This document shows, one piece after another, positions 48,653 through 58,434 of a DNA stretch of 63,345 nucleotides (the stretch's first letter is position 1; the number at the start of each line of letters is the position of its first letter). The stretch covers positions 1-63,345 of the forward strand of contig JBKJQR010000279.1 in the NCBI GenBank assembly GCA_046593895.1, given 5' to 3'. Under the pieces are notes generated by a model. The model was not told the origin of the DNA. It ran no database searches and was given only the letters and a program-made list of their open reading frames with translations. The position numbers and the translations under genes are program-made. Source of the DNA: Gemmatimonadaceae bacterium (lineage in GTDB: Bacteria; Gemmatimonadota; Gemmatimonadetes; Gemmatimonadales; Gemmatimonadaceae).

Positions 48653-51483
48653 GCCGCCACCACCCCCGCCACTTCATCCACGATCGCCATCAGCCTCTCC
48701 CCGAAAATCTTGTACGCTCCACCCAACCCGCCCCTCATCACGAACGGCGGATACTCGAAATCGTCCTTCGTCATCTCCACGTTTGCCGCCAGATACTCGG
48801 CGATCAGGTCCAGCCATTCGCGCTCGTCCGGATTGAACCGACGACCGCTAGTTTCGCACTCACCGAGCCACTTCTCGTAACGCGCACGCCCGATCTGCGT
48901 CCACGGCGCGAGCTCGTCGCGCTGATGCGAGGCGAAGCGCACGAGCGACACCATGTCGGTCAGTACCTTCGCCGCGGCGCCGCGCACATGCGGACGGTCG
49001 AGCAGCTCGTACGCGCGCCACACCTCATCAGTCGCAAGCGGCGGCCGCTGCTCGAGCAACTTCACCCGCAGCTCCTCCAGTGCCTCACGTGTGATCCGCC
49101 GCCCGGTCGGTGATCCGTAGAGCAGCCGCAGCGCGACGAACTCGTCGCGGTGCGCGGCGAGGAACTGCTCGAAACTTGTTGCCAGTGACGCCGCACGGTC
49201 GCGCGCCTCCTTCGACAATCCCGACTCGAGCAGCTCATCCACGCTCACCGCGTCGATGGTCTGCTCCTTCGAGCGTTTGAGATCAATGAGCACCCGGCGC
49301 AGGTCTGGCCGCGTCGCGATCGGCACAAGCGCCTCGCGGATCGCCGCATGGCGCTGCTCATCGCTGGTCGCGTCGGGATCGAGCGCGTGCACGATCTGAC
49401 CAGCGATCGATCGCAGCGACTGCCCACCGGCCGCGTCGGCGACCGTTAGGCGCTCCTCGCGTCCGAGCTGTGAGTCAAGTCGCGTCAGGCGACTCGCGAC
49501 CGACGACGCCACGTCCGGCTCGGTGTTCCCCATCGCCACCGCCTGGAGCAGCTTCTCCAGCGAGACGGTCGGCTGCTTCTCGAGCGGCCGGGAGTCCGAC
49601 AGGTCTTCCTCGCAGACGCCGACGCAATCGACGATCACGAACCGCGTCTTCGCCGAGGCGTCGGGAGTCGCGCCCTTCAGGTCGTCGGCGCCGATGACGC
49701 GAACGCCGCGCCCCTTCATCTGCTCGAACAGCGTCCGGCTCTTCACAGACCGCATGAACCAGAGAATCTCGAGGGGCTTCACATCCGTGCCCGTGGCGAT
49801 CATGTCCACGGTCACCGCGATCCGCGGGTTGAAGGAATTGCGGAAGCTCTGCAGCAGGTCCTCCGGTCGCACACCGCTGCTCTTGTAGGTGATGCGCTCG
49901 ATCTCCCGGCCCTCGGCGTCCAGCGCCCGCTCGGAGATGCGGGCCGTCCCGGTGCGGTAAGTGATCTTCTGTACCGCATCGTTGCCTAACGCGAGCTCGT
50001 CGCGGATGATCTTGACGATGTCCTCCGCGTGCGAGTCGTCCTTGGCAAAGATCAGCGTCTTCGGAATGTGTTTGCGTTCGGGAAACACCTCCTTGAGGAA
50101 GCGGTCGCGGAAGGCGCGCACCACCGTGCGGATCTGGTCGGGCGCGACGACCGAGCGATCGAGCGCCGCCGAGTCATAGCTCAGGTCCTCGTCGAGCCGC
50201 TCCCAGCGGCGGGCGCGCGTCTCACGATCGCGGCGGTCCACCCACGCGCCGGCATCGACGCTCGATCCCTGCTCGGTGATCTTCGTCCGGATGCGATAGA
50301 CGTCGAAGTCGACGTTCACTCCGTCGGCGACCGCGGCCTCATGTCCGTACTCGGCGACGAGATTGCCATGGAAAAAGCCGTACGTCTGCTTCGACGGCGT
50401 CGCCGTGAGGCCGACGAGAAACGCATCCCAGTACTCGACCACCTGCCGCCAGAGTGTGTAGATCGAGCGGTGCGCCTCGTCGATGAAGACGACGTCGAAC
50501 AGCTCAAGCGGCAGCGCCGGGTTGTAGACGACTGGGAGCGGCTCCTTGCGCAGCGCGTCGAGGCCGCCGGCCGAGAGCTCGTCAGCGTCAGGCGCGAGCT
50601 CCGGTTCCCCTTTGAGAATCGAGTAGAGCCGTTGCACTGTCCCGATCACGACGTTCGCCACCGGGTCAACATGGTTGCTGCTCAGCAGCTGGACGTTGTA
50701 CAGCTCCGTGAACAGCCGCCCATCGTCGGGTGCGCGATAGCTCTGGAATTCCTTTAGCGCTTGGCGCCCGAGATTGGCCCGGTCGACGAGGAAGAGCACC
50801 TTCTTCGCGCCGGCGAACTTGAGCAGGCGGTAGATGCTCGTGACGGCGGTGAACGTCTTGCCGCTCCCCGTCGCCATCTGGATGAGCGCGCGTGGTCTGT
50901 TCGCGGCGAACGAAGTCTCGAGCGATCGCACGGCGCCGAGCTGCGCCGGCCAGAGCCCGCGCTCGTCGACCGATGGCATCGCCGTCAGGCGGGTGCGGAA
51001 ATTAGCAGGACGTTGCGACGCGGGTTGTGGCCGACCATCGAGCTGCGGCAGCCATAGCGGATCAGCCGCGACCCAACCGGCGAGCGCCGCCGGCTGATGA
51101 AAAGCAAAGATCTCGCGACTCTTCGGCGTCGGATCGAGGCGGTTCGTGAAGCGCGTCTCGACGCCGGTGGATTGATAGAGCAATGGAAGCGGCCGGATCG
51201 GCGCCGGCACTCCCGACGGCAGCCCCGCCCCATACTTCTCGCTCTGCAGCTCGACACTCGTGAGTGTCGACCCCTGCTTCTTCGCTTCGATCACGCCGAC
51301 CGCCTGACCGTCGGCGTAGAGGAGATAATCGGCGAATCCGTGCCCGGTCGCGAGTGGGAATTCACGCACCGCGATTCCGCGCCCGGCCTGCAGGTTGATC
51401 GCATCGACGTCATGCACCACCCAACCAGCCAGGTTGAGAGCGCGATCGATCTCGACGCGGGCGAGGGCTTCGGGGGCTGGCAT
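48649..51483 (-). CDS. hsdR: Type I restriction enzyme R subunit (nuclease, SF2 helicase, EcoEI_R_C-like tail)
   Basis: ORF 48649..51669 trimmed to ATG 51483. N-terminal HSDR_N-like nuclease (FADYLLY...VIEAK). Helicase motifs MATGSGKT, DEAH-like FIDEAH, TATP and QMKGRGVR. Confidence 0.9.
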   Translation of the reverse strand: MPAPEALARVEIDRALNLAGWVVHDVDAINLQAGRGIAVREFPLATGHGFADYLLYADGQAVGVIEAKKQGSTLTSVELQSEKYGAGLPSGVPAPIRPLPLLYQSTGVETRFTNRLDPTPKSREIFAFHQPAALAGWVAADPLWLPQLDGRPQPASQRPANFRTRLTAMPSVDERGLWPAQLGAVRSLETSFAANRPRALIQMATGSGKTFTAVTSIYRLLKFAGAKKVLFLVDRANLGRQALKEFQSYRAPDDGRLFTELYNVQLLSSNHVDPVANVVIGTVQRLYSILKGEPELAPDADELSAGGLDALRKEPLPVVYNPALPLELFDVVFIDEAHRSIYTLWRQVVEYWDAFLVGLTATPSKQTYGFFHGNLVAEYGHEAAVADGVNVDFDVYRIRTKITEQGSSVDAGAWVDRRDRETRARRWERLDEDLSYDSAALDRSVVAPDQIRTVVRAFRDRFLKEVFPERKHIPKTLIFAKDDSHAEDIVKIIRDELALGNDAVQKITYRTGTARISERALDAEGREIERITYKSSGVRPEDLLQSFRNSFNPRIAVTVDMIATGTDVKPLEILWFMRSVKSRTLFEQMKGRGVRVIGADDLKGATPDASAKTRFVIVDCVGVCEEDLSDSRPLEKQPTVSLEKLLQAVAMGNTEPDVASSVASRLTRLDSQLGREERLTVADAAGGQSLRSIAGQIVHALDPDATSDEQRHAAIREALVPIATRPDLRRVLIDLKRSKEQTIDAVSVDELLESGLSKEARDRAASLATSFEQFLAAHRDEFVALRLLYGSPTGRRITREALEELRVKLLEQRPPLATDEVWRAYELLDRPHVRGAAAKVLTDMVSLVRFASHQRDELAPWTQIGRARYEKWLGECETSGRRFNPDEREWLDLIAEYLAANVEMTKDDFEYPPFVMRGGLGGAYKIFGERLMAIVDEVAGVVAA

Positions 51484-51565
51484 GTGAAGCGCCAAGTTGC
51501 CGCCTAACCGTGGTGCAGGCAAGGCGGCACGCGCTACGGATTCCCGCTGCGAGCACGATTCCCAG

Positions 51566-53068
51566 CTATTGCTGGGCCCTCGCCGCCTCCCGCAACAACC
51601 GCCACGCCTCGGCCACATGCCGGCGTTCGGTACGGATGTTCCCGATCGCCAGCCGCAGCACGTACACACCGTTGAGCTTCGTGTGCGAAATGAACGCCTT
51701 GCCTGACGCGTTCACGCGCTCGAGGATCGTCGCGTTCAACGCCTCACGCTCCGCTTCGCTCGTCCCGGTCGGCGCATAACGGTAGCAGACCGTCGAGAAA
51801 GGCACCGGCGCCATCACCGCCCAATCGCGCTCGGCACTCACCCACGCGGCGAATTCGCGCGCCAGCTCGCACTGCGCCCGGATCCGATCGGCCAGCCCCT
51901 CGGCGCCGAAGGCGCGAATCACCATCCAGAGCTTGAGTGCGCGGAAGCGACGACCGAGTTGTACGCCGTAATCCATCAGGTTCACGGCGTCGGTGTGATC
52001 GCGCGCGGTGAGATACTCGGGCACGAGCGAGAACGCCCGCTTCAGAATGTTCGGCTGCTTTACGTACAGCACCGAGCAATCGACGGGCGTGAACAACCAC
52101 TTGTGCGGATTGACCACCAGCGAATCGGCGAGATCGGCGCCATCGAGCACGCCGCGCATCTCGGGGACGACTGCTGCACTGCCGCCATACGCCGCGTCAA
52201 CGTGCAGCCACGGCTTCACTCCGCTCGTCGCGGCTTGGTCGCCGAGCACCGCCGCGATCTCGCGCACCGGGTCAATGCTCGTCGTGCTCGTCGTTCCGAC
52301 GGTTGCGACGACCGCGAGCGGGCGCATCCCGGCCGCAGTGTCCGCCGCAATGCGTTCGCGGAGCAGCGCCGGCCGCATCTGGAATTCTGCGTCAGCCGGG
52401 ATGTGCACGACGTTCTGGTGCCCCATGCCTAACGTGATCGCCGCCTTGTCAACGCTCGAATGCGCGTGTTCGGAGCAGTAGACGCGGAGCACCGGCAGGT
52501 CGGCGCGCCCAGCCATCCCGCGCTCGCGAACATCCAGTGCCGCTGCCTCCCGCGCCGCGGCCAACGCGAGCATCGTCGAGATGGACGCGGTGTCGTTGAT
52601 GTGCCCGTGCCAGCCGTCCCCAAGTCCCATCAGCTGGCGCAGCCAGTCGGTGCTCCGCAGCTCGAGCTCCGTCGCCGCCGGCGAGGTCCGCCAGAGCATC
52701 GCGTTGACGTTGAGTGCAGCCGTCAGTAGTTCGGCCAGGATCCCCGGCACCGAGGCGCTGTTCGCGAAGTAGGCGAAGAAGCCGGGGTGATTCCAGTGCG
52801 TGATCCCCGGCATGATCACCCGCTCGAAATCGCTCAGGATCGCGTCGAGCGATTCCGCCGCGTCAGGCGGCGCCATGGGCAGCGCCGCCGAGATCTCGCC
52901 CGGCGCGACCCGTGAGAGCACCGGGTACTGCTCGGCGTTCGCCAGGTACTCGCCGATCCAGTCGACGAGCTGCTTCCCGTAGCGGACAAACGCCTCCGGC
53001 GGCAGGTCGACCAACCCGCCATCGGCGTCGGTCAGGGTGGGGGCACCCGCCGGCTGCCTAACGTTCAT
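51566..53068 (-). CDS. Pyridoxal-phosphate-dependent group II decarboxylase (aromatic-L-amino-acid / L-2,4-DAB type)
   Basis: HVDAAYGGSA and PLP-lysine context SLVVNPHKWLF. About 500 aa. Confidence 0.9.
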   Translation of the reverse strand: MNVRQPAGAPTLTDADGGLVDLPPEAFVRYGKQLVDWIGEYLANAEQYPVLSRVAPGEISAALPMAPPDAAESLDAILSDFERVIMPGITHWNHPGFFAYFANSASVPGILAELLTAALNVNAMLWRTSPAATELELRSTDWLRQLMGLGDGWHGHINDTASISTMLALAAAREAAALDVRERGMAGRADLPVLRVYCSEHAHSSVDKAAITLGMGHQNVVHIPADAEFQMRPALLRERIAADTAAGMRPLAVVATVGTTSTTSIDPVREIAAVLGDQAATSGVKPWLHVDAAYGGSAAVVPEMRGVLDGADLADSLVVNPHKWLFTPVDCSVLYVKQPNILKRAFSLVPEYLTARDHTDAVNLMDYGVQLGRRFRALKLWMVIRAFGAEGLADRIRAQCELAREFAAWVSAERDWAVMAPVPFSTVCYRYAPTGTSEAEREALNATILERVNASGKAFISHTKLNGVYVLRLAIGNIRTERRHVAEAWRLLREAARAQQ

Positions 53069-53113
53069 CGCTCCCGCCCGCCGTCGCTGCGTGCAGCATC
53101 GGTGAGCGCAGCG

Positions 53114-54529
53114 TCACTGCGCGTAGCGGAGGATGTCGTAGAGGAAGTGCACGCCGAAGCCCGCGTTGGTCGCCGAAAGGCGCTCGTCGTTGCCGTGCAC
53201 CCCCTTCTGCCCGTCAGCCGCGTCGGTCATGAAGGGATCGAGACCGTAGGTAATGATCCCGATCTTCCGGTAGGTCGGCCGGTCGGTCGCGCCGGTCAAC
53301 ATCGGGGTCGTCACCAGCGCGTGCGGGTCACGGTCGTGCGCCGCCCGCTCGATCGCGTGAAAGAGGTCGGTGTTGATCGGGCTTTCGAGCGGCGCCTTCG
53401 GCGCGAGCTCGTTCTCGAAATGCACCGAGGTGTCGTTGACCACGCGCTTCAGCGCGGCCAGCATGTCGGCCGGATCCTGGTCGGGGAGCAGCCGGATGTC
53501 GAGCTTCGCCGATGCCTCGGGCGGGATGACGTTGGTCTTGTTCGACCCCTGCAGCCCGGTGAGCGAGATCGTGTTCCGCAGCGTCGCATTCCAGTAAACA
53601 TCGTTGGTTATCCAAGTGCGTGCGCGCGGATTCTTCAGTGCCGTCTCGACGTCGGCCAGCCACTTCCGCTGCTCGCCCTTGTAGTTCGCCGAAATGTCGC
53701 GGAAATACTTCGCGACCCCGGGCGTCACGTGCAGCGGCGTCTCGTAGTCGGCGATCTTCGCCAACGCGCGCACGAGGCGCGGCACCGGGTTCAGCTTCGT
53801 CGGACGCGAGCCATGCGACGGCGTCCCCTTCACGGTGACGCTCTGCCAGAACGTGCGCTTCTCGGCGACGCCGACCCCCCAGTACTCGAGCTTCCCGTTT
53901 TGCACCGAATTGTCGCCACCCTCGGTGATCAGGAACTCGACGTCCTTGAGAAGATCCGGATGCTTCTCGACGAACTGGAATGCACCGGTCGAACCCAGCT
54001 CCTCGTCCGAATTGCCGATGAAGACGATGTCGCGGTTGAGCACCGCGCCGCTCCGCTTCAGCTCGATCATCGCCATCAGGTGCGCGATCCCCTCGCCCTT
54101 CATGTCGAGCGCACCACGGCCGTAGATGAATCCGTCTGCAATCTCCGACGCGAAGGGCGGGTGCGACCAGTATGCCGGATTCGCCGGGACGACGTCCATG
54201 TGGTGCACGAGCGCGATCGCCTTCTTGCTCCCATTCCCCTTGAGCCGCGCATAGAAATTCGCCCGCCCCGCGCCTAACGATACGGTGTCGAGAATCTGCG
54301 TCTCGAAGCCCTCCTTCTCGAGCACGGTCTTGAGCCAGTGCGCAGTCTGCAACTCGTTGCCCGGCGGGTTGGTCGTGTTGATCCGGAAGTACTGCTGCAT
54401 CATCCCGACGGTCTCGTCGCGGACGGCATTCCAGTCGATCGGCGCCGAGGATGGCGCGCGGGCGACCGGTTGCTGCGCGACCGCGGTCGAGGCGGAGAGG
54501 GCGAGCGATAGCACGAGGAGGCGACGCAT
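53114..54529 (-). CDS. Secreted M20-family metallopeptidase
   Basis: ORF 53114..54679 trimmed to ATG 54529 (signal peptide MRRLLVLSLALSASTAVA). M20 motifs LVHHMDVVP, RGALDMKG and NSDEELGS. Confidence 0.85.
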   Translation of the reverse strand: MRRLLVLSLALSASTAVAQQPVARAPSSAPIDWNAVRDETVGMMQQYFRINTTNPPGNELQTAHWLKTVLEKEGFETQILDTVSLGAGRANFYARLKGNGSKKAIALVHHMDVVPANPAYWSHPPFASEIADGFIYGRGALDMKGEGIAHLMAMIELKRSGAVLNRDIVFIGNSDEELGSTGAFQFVEKHPDLLKDVEFLITEGGDNSVQNGKLEYWGVGVAEKRTFWQSVTVKGTPSHGSRPTKLNPVPRLVRALAKIADYETPLHVTPGVAKYFRDISANYKGEQRKWLADVETALKNPRARTWITNDVYWNATLRNTISLTGLQGSNKTNVIPPEASAKLDIRLLPDQDPADMLAALKRVVNDTSVHFENELAPKAPLESPINTDLFHAIERAAHDRDPHALVTTPMLTGATDRPTYRKIGIITYGLDPFMTDAADGQKGVHGNDERLSATNAGFGVHFLYDILRYAQ

Positions 54530-54590
54530 CGGGAGACGGCTGGAGGCGACCAACAAAACGGAGCGAAACGGAAGGGTATACAATGGCGAA

Positions 54591-54624
54591 CATGCAGCCA
54601 AGCCACCGCTGGCCTGGCTGCATG
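54591..54624 (-). terminator. Hairpin downstream of the ADH gene
   Basis: CATGCAGCCA - 14 nt - TGGCTGCATG. The stem is extendable by GCCA/TGGC around a CCGC tetraloop. It starts about 80 nt after the ADH stop on the minus strand. Confidence 0.5.
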
Positions 54625-54705
54625 TCAATCGCGATTCACCTGACGCGCCCCCGCGTGTCGCGAGTCGCGCTACCCGCATATCAAGCCGACGGACGCCGCG
54701 GTCGT

Positions 54706-55710
54706 TCAGGCCTCGAGGACGGCGCGGTATCTCACGGTCTGATCGCGTAACGTGGCGATCGCGTCATTCACCCGCGTCATCGGATATCGCTGAATGGTCG
54801 GAACGATCCGGTGCTGCGCCGCGAACTTGAGCATCTTCTCCATCATCTTCCGGTTTCCGGTGTTGCTGCCGACCAGCTTCTTGTGCCCCGCGAGGAGGGG
54901 GAACGCAGCGATGCTCACCTGACTCTGCGGAACGCCGAGTACGCAGAGCACGCCGGTCGGGCGCAACGCTCCGATGAGAGCGTCCCACGGCAGGTCGGCC
55001 GACGCGGTGGTGAGGATGAGATCCTGAGAATTCGCCGATCCGGCGACTGCGGCAGCATCACGCATGTCGACGAAACGCTCCGCGCCGAATGTCCGCGCTT
55101 CGTCGCGCTTCGACTTCGATGTCGAGAACGCCGTGACGTCAGCGCCCATCGCACGCGCGAATTGCACGGCGAGATGACCGAGCCCGCCAACGCTGACCAC
55201 GCCGACTTTTTTCCCCTTGCCCGCGCCGTAATCAACCAGCGGGGTGAACACCGTGATTCCCGCGCAGAGAAGCGGCGCCGCCTCAGCCGAAGAAATCTCG
55301 TCCGGGATTGCGAAGGCCCATCGCGCATCCGCTCGCACCCGATTGGCGAAGCCCCCCGGGCGACCAATACATGTCGGCTGCCACATCGAGCAGAGGTTCT
55401 CCATTCCCGCCTTGCACCACTCGCAGGTCATGCAAGTCCCCGCCAGCCAGCCGATGCCGACGCGCTGGCCGATCTTGAAGCTGCCGGCCGACGCGCCGAG
55501 TGCAGCGACGGTCCCGACAATCTCGTGCCCGGGGATGAGCGGGTAGGCACTCAGTCCCCAGTCGTTGTCGATGAGATGAACGTCGGAGTGGCAGATACCG
55601 CAATGAGTGACGGTGACTTCGACGTCGTTGGCGCCGAGCGGGCCGGGCTCGTACGAGTACGGTTCGAGTTGCGCGCCCTTCTTGTCCGCAGCAAATCCGT
55701 TGACCGGCAT
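54706..55710 (-). CDS. Zinc-dependent NAD(P) alcohol dehydrogenase (cinnamyl-ADH-like MDR)
   Basis: GICHSDVH catalytic zinc motif, structural-zinc Cys cluster CMTCEWCKAGMENLC, and Rossmann GVVSVGGLGHLAVQFA. Confidence 0.9.
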   Translation of the reverse strand: MPVNGFAADKKGAQLEPYSYEPGPLGANDVEVTVTHCGICHSDVHLIDNDWGLSAYPLIPGHEIVGTVAALGASAGSFKIGQRVGIGWLAGTCMTCEWCKAGMENLCSMWQPTCIGRPGGFANRVRADARWAFAIPDEISSAEAAPLLCAGITVFTPLVDYGAGKGKKVGVVSVGGLGHLAVQFARAMGADVTAFSTSKSKRDEARTFGAERFVDMRDAAAVAGSANSQDLILTTASADLPWDALIGALRPTGVLCVLGVPQSQVSIAAFPLLAGHKKLVGSNTGNRKMMEKMLKFAAQHRIVPTIQRYPMTRVNDAIATLRDQTVRYRAVLEA

Positions 55711-55878
55711 CGGTCCCCCACTGGAATGAGTTCCGGATCTTACGGCAACCGGGATGCAGCCGCCAGCAGGAGGCGCCGGCGAGACTGCACAAAGTCCAGG
55801 AACACCGAAAGTCGAGAAACACCGAAACCGATCAACGGTAGAGTCGTACGGCCGTGACTACCCCGTCCCCCCGCGCAC

Positions 55879-58326
55879 ATGCTCTCACCACTCCTCGCCC
55901 TCCTCGTCCTCGCGGCTCAACAGCCGGCCGCAGCGCCAGCGCGCGACAGCGTTCCCCCGGCGCGGGCAGACACGGCGAAGAAAGGTCGGAGCGTCAGCTT
56001 CAGCATCCGGGCCCACGGCGATACGGCAACCGTCGCCCAGGGAGACTCGGCGCGGCGCGCAGCGAAGCGGATTCGCGTCACCCCCGCGCATCTCGCGACG
56101 GCGTACGCGAACGATGCCACCCGCCAGCTCGTCCTCCGCGCTCGCGACGCGCGGCTCGCGGTGGATTCGACGCTGCGTTCGTACGAAGGGCTCACCTATC
56201 AGCGACTCTCGCTCGGCATCGCATTGCGGGCGCTCGCCCGCGAAAGGCTCGCCGCGCGCGGCGAACAATCAGCGCACATCGCCTGGGACCGCGACCGCGG
56301 TGCGCTCCTTCGCATCACCGGAGCGCGCGTGGTCGCGCCGATCGCCGGCGATGATGATGACGACGATCCCGCGTCGCCGGAGACGATCGAGCTGCCTTAC
56401 GCTCCGGGCGAGGACCGGCTCTGGCCGGTCGGGCGATTCAAGTTCGACGTCAACGACGAGGAGATCATCCACCCGTTAGGCGCCGGCGCCGAGGCGTACT
56501 ACAGCTACGCGATGGGCGACTCGGTGGTCATCCGGATCGCCCGCGGAACCGAGTATCACCTCGTCGAGCTGCGGGTGCGCCCGCGCAGCGAACGATGGAA
56601 CGCCGTCATCGGATCGCTCTGGCTCGACCGCGAGAGCGCGCAGATCGTCCGCGCCGCCTACCGGCTCTCGGCACCGCTCGACGTCTGGCTGGCGGTCAGC
56701 GCCGAGGCCGCGGCCGACACGATGCCTGACGGCAAGCGCCGCAAGAAGCACGATGACGACGAGATTCCCTTCTGGCTCAAGCCGGCGCTGCAGCCGATGC
56801 GGCTGTCGCTCACCGCGGTCACCCAGGAGTTTGCGCTGCAGGGCGGCCGCTGGTGGCTGCCGACCTCGCGCACTGCTGAGGGCCTGTTCGAGATGGGGCC
56901 GATTCACAGCCCGATCACCTGGGAGGAGCGGTTCACCTACGACGCCGTCCGCGGCACGGCCATGCCTAACGCGACGCTGGATTCGCTCGACGTCCGCTAC
57001 CGCGACCGACTGGCCATGCTCGATTCGGTCGCCGTGCTCCGGAAGACGCTCGGCGATTCCGCGGCGCGTCACTACCGGAAAGGGCTCGACTCCCTCGAGC
57101 ACGGTGAGCGCGACCAGTGCCGGAAGACGATGCACGGATCGCGGCTCCAGGTCATTCGCCGCGATGGAGTGCGCAGCTTCGTCGTCGTGCCCTGCGACAC
57201 CGCGCTCCTCGTCCACTCCGCTGACCTCCCCCCGTCGATCTACGCGTCGAGCGACGAAGTCTTCGGCACTACCGACCGTGACGAGCTGCGGGCGTGGGCA
57301 ATGTCGGTGCAGGCAATGAGTGACGAGGGCCGGCTCGCACCGCCGAAGGTCCTCTTCGGCATCGGGGGCGGGTTGCTGCGCTACAACCGCGTGGAGGGAC
57401 TCTCGCTCGGTGCGCGGGTCGAGCAGCGGCTGCACCGTGGCTACAGCGCGCACGCGCTCGCCCGTCTCGGCTTCGCCGACCTCAATCCCGGCGTCGAGAT
57501 CGGCGTCGCTCGCGCCGATGCCCAGCGGGTGTACGACGTGACTGGCTACCACCGACTGGCCGTCGCCGGCGACTACAGCGAGCCGTTCAGCATCGGCGCA
57601 TCGTTAGGCGCACTGCTCTGGGGTCGCGACGACGGCTTCTACTACCGCGCCTCCGGCGTCGAGTTGACCCGCGCTGCGATTGCCGGTGAGCGCGTGCGCT
57701 GGCGGGTGTTCGCCGAGCACGAGGGCGACGCGACGGCGAAAACCAACATTTCACTGGCGCACCTCGGCAACGGACAGTTTGCGCCGAACATCGTCGCCGA
57801 GCGCGGGAACGTCGGCGGTGTTGGCGCATCCCTGGCGCGCACGTTCGGGGAGGATCCGCGCGGCTGGCGGCTGCTCAGCGATTCGCGCCTCGAGGCGGCC
57901 GCCGGAAGCTTCGACTACACGCGCGCGCTGTTCGACCTGACCGTATCGCACCCGCTCGCGTTAGGCACGACCGGCTCGCTGACTGCGGTCGCCGGCGCGG
58001 CCGGCGGGCGTCCGCCGGTGCAGAAGCTGTTCTTCGTCGGCGGTCCGCAGACGGTGCGCGGGATCGATCCGGGGAGCGCGATCGGCGATGCGTTCTGGGT
58101 CGGCCGCGGGGAGCTGGGCTTCGGCCGGCGGCTGGCCCGGCCAGTGGTGTTCGGTGATCTCGGGTGGGCGGGCAGCCGCGATGACTGGCGCCACCCCGGC
58201 CGCCCGCTCGCCGGCGTCGGCGTCGGCGGGTCCTTCCTCGATGGCCTGGTCCGGGCCGACATCGCGAAGGGGATCAGGCCGTCCGGCGGGGTGCGCGTCT
58301 ACCTCTACGTGGACGCTCGTTTCTGA
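55879..58326 (+). CDS. Large outer-membrane protein with an Omp85/surface-antigen-like C-terminal beta-barrel (hypothetical)
   Basis: Short signal peptide. The C-terminal roughly 300 aa have alternating beta-strand pattern, FFVGGPQTVRGI, and a terminal aromatic residue (YLYVDARF-stop). Confidence 0.6.
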   Translation: MLSPLLALLVLAAQQPAAAPARDSVPPARADTAKKGRSVSFSIRAHGDTATVAQGDSARRAAKRIRVTPAHLATAYANDATRQLVLRARDARLAVDSTLRSYEGLTYQRLSLGIALRALARERLAARGEQSAHIAWDRDRGALLRITGARVVAPIAGDDDDDDPASPETIELPYAPGEDRLWPVGRFKFDVNDEEIIHPLGAGAEAYYSYAMGDSVVIRIARGTEYHLVELRVRPRSERWNAVIGSLWLDRESAQIVRAAYRLSAPLDVWLAVSAEAAADTMPDGKRRKKHDDDEIPFWLKPALQPMRLSLTAVTQEFALQGGRWWLPTSRTAEGLFEMGPIHSPITWEERFTYDAVRGTAMPNATLDSLDVRYRDRLAMLDSVAVLRKTLGDSAARHYRKGLDSLEHGERDQCRKTMHGSRLQVIRRDGVRSFVVVPCDTALLVHSADLPPSIYASSDEVFGTTDRDELRAWAMSVQAMSDEGRLAPPKVLFGIGGGLLRYNRVEGLSLGARVEQRLHRGYSAHALARLGFADLNPGVEIGVARADAQRVYDVTGYHRLAVAGDYSEPFSIGASLGALLWGRDDGFYYRASGVELTRAAIAGERVRWRVFAEHEGDATAKTNISLAHLGNGQFAPNIVAERGNVGGVGASLARTFGEDPRGWRLLSDSRLEAAAGSFDYTRALFDLTVSHPLALGTTGSLTAVAGAAGGRPPVQKLFFVGGPQTVRGIDPGSAIGDAFWVGRGELGFGRRLARPVVFGDLGWAGSRDDWRHPGRPLAGVGVGGSFLDGLVRADIAKGIRPSGGVRVYLYVDARF

Positions 58327-58434
58327 CTTGGCCGGGCGGAAATCGGTTGCGCGAACAGCTCTGAGGAACGAAAGTTGTCGCGAGCCGATTGATACGTGAC
58401 CTCCGTCGCGACCCCCGCCCGCCCCATCCCTGCC

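Larger units (their letters stand above)
42436..51565. other. Defence island of about 9.1 kb, visibly lower in GC than its flanks (Type I R-M plus Mrr plus nested accessory genes). No integrase or transposase.
   Basis: Bounded by the MacB-type permease stop (42435) and the decarboxylase stop (51566). AT-richer composition, especially 44.0-47.3 kb. All genes have defence-type or unknown functions. Confidence 0.7.

Noticed and set aside
42436-51498. A possible inverted repeat flanking the defence island: AGCTTGGCGC at 42436-42445 and GCGCCAAGTT at 51489-51498 (9 of 10 complementary).
   Set aside because: It is short, imperfect and GC-rich. A match of this quality between two flanks of 60-80 nt is plausibly chance, and no integrase or transposase is present to use it.
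58343-58390. A possible riboswitch or leader structure upstream of cysK (AATCGG ... CCGATT with partial internal pairing).
   Set aside because: The stem is short and imperfect and I recognise no conserved riboswitch core. The evidence is insufficient.
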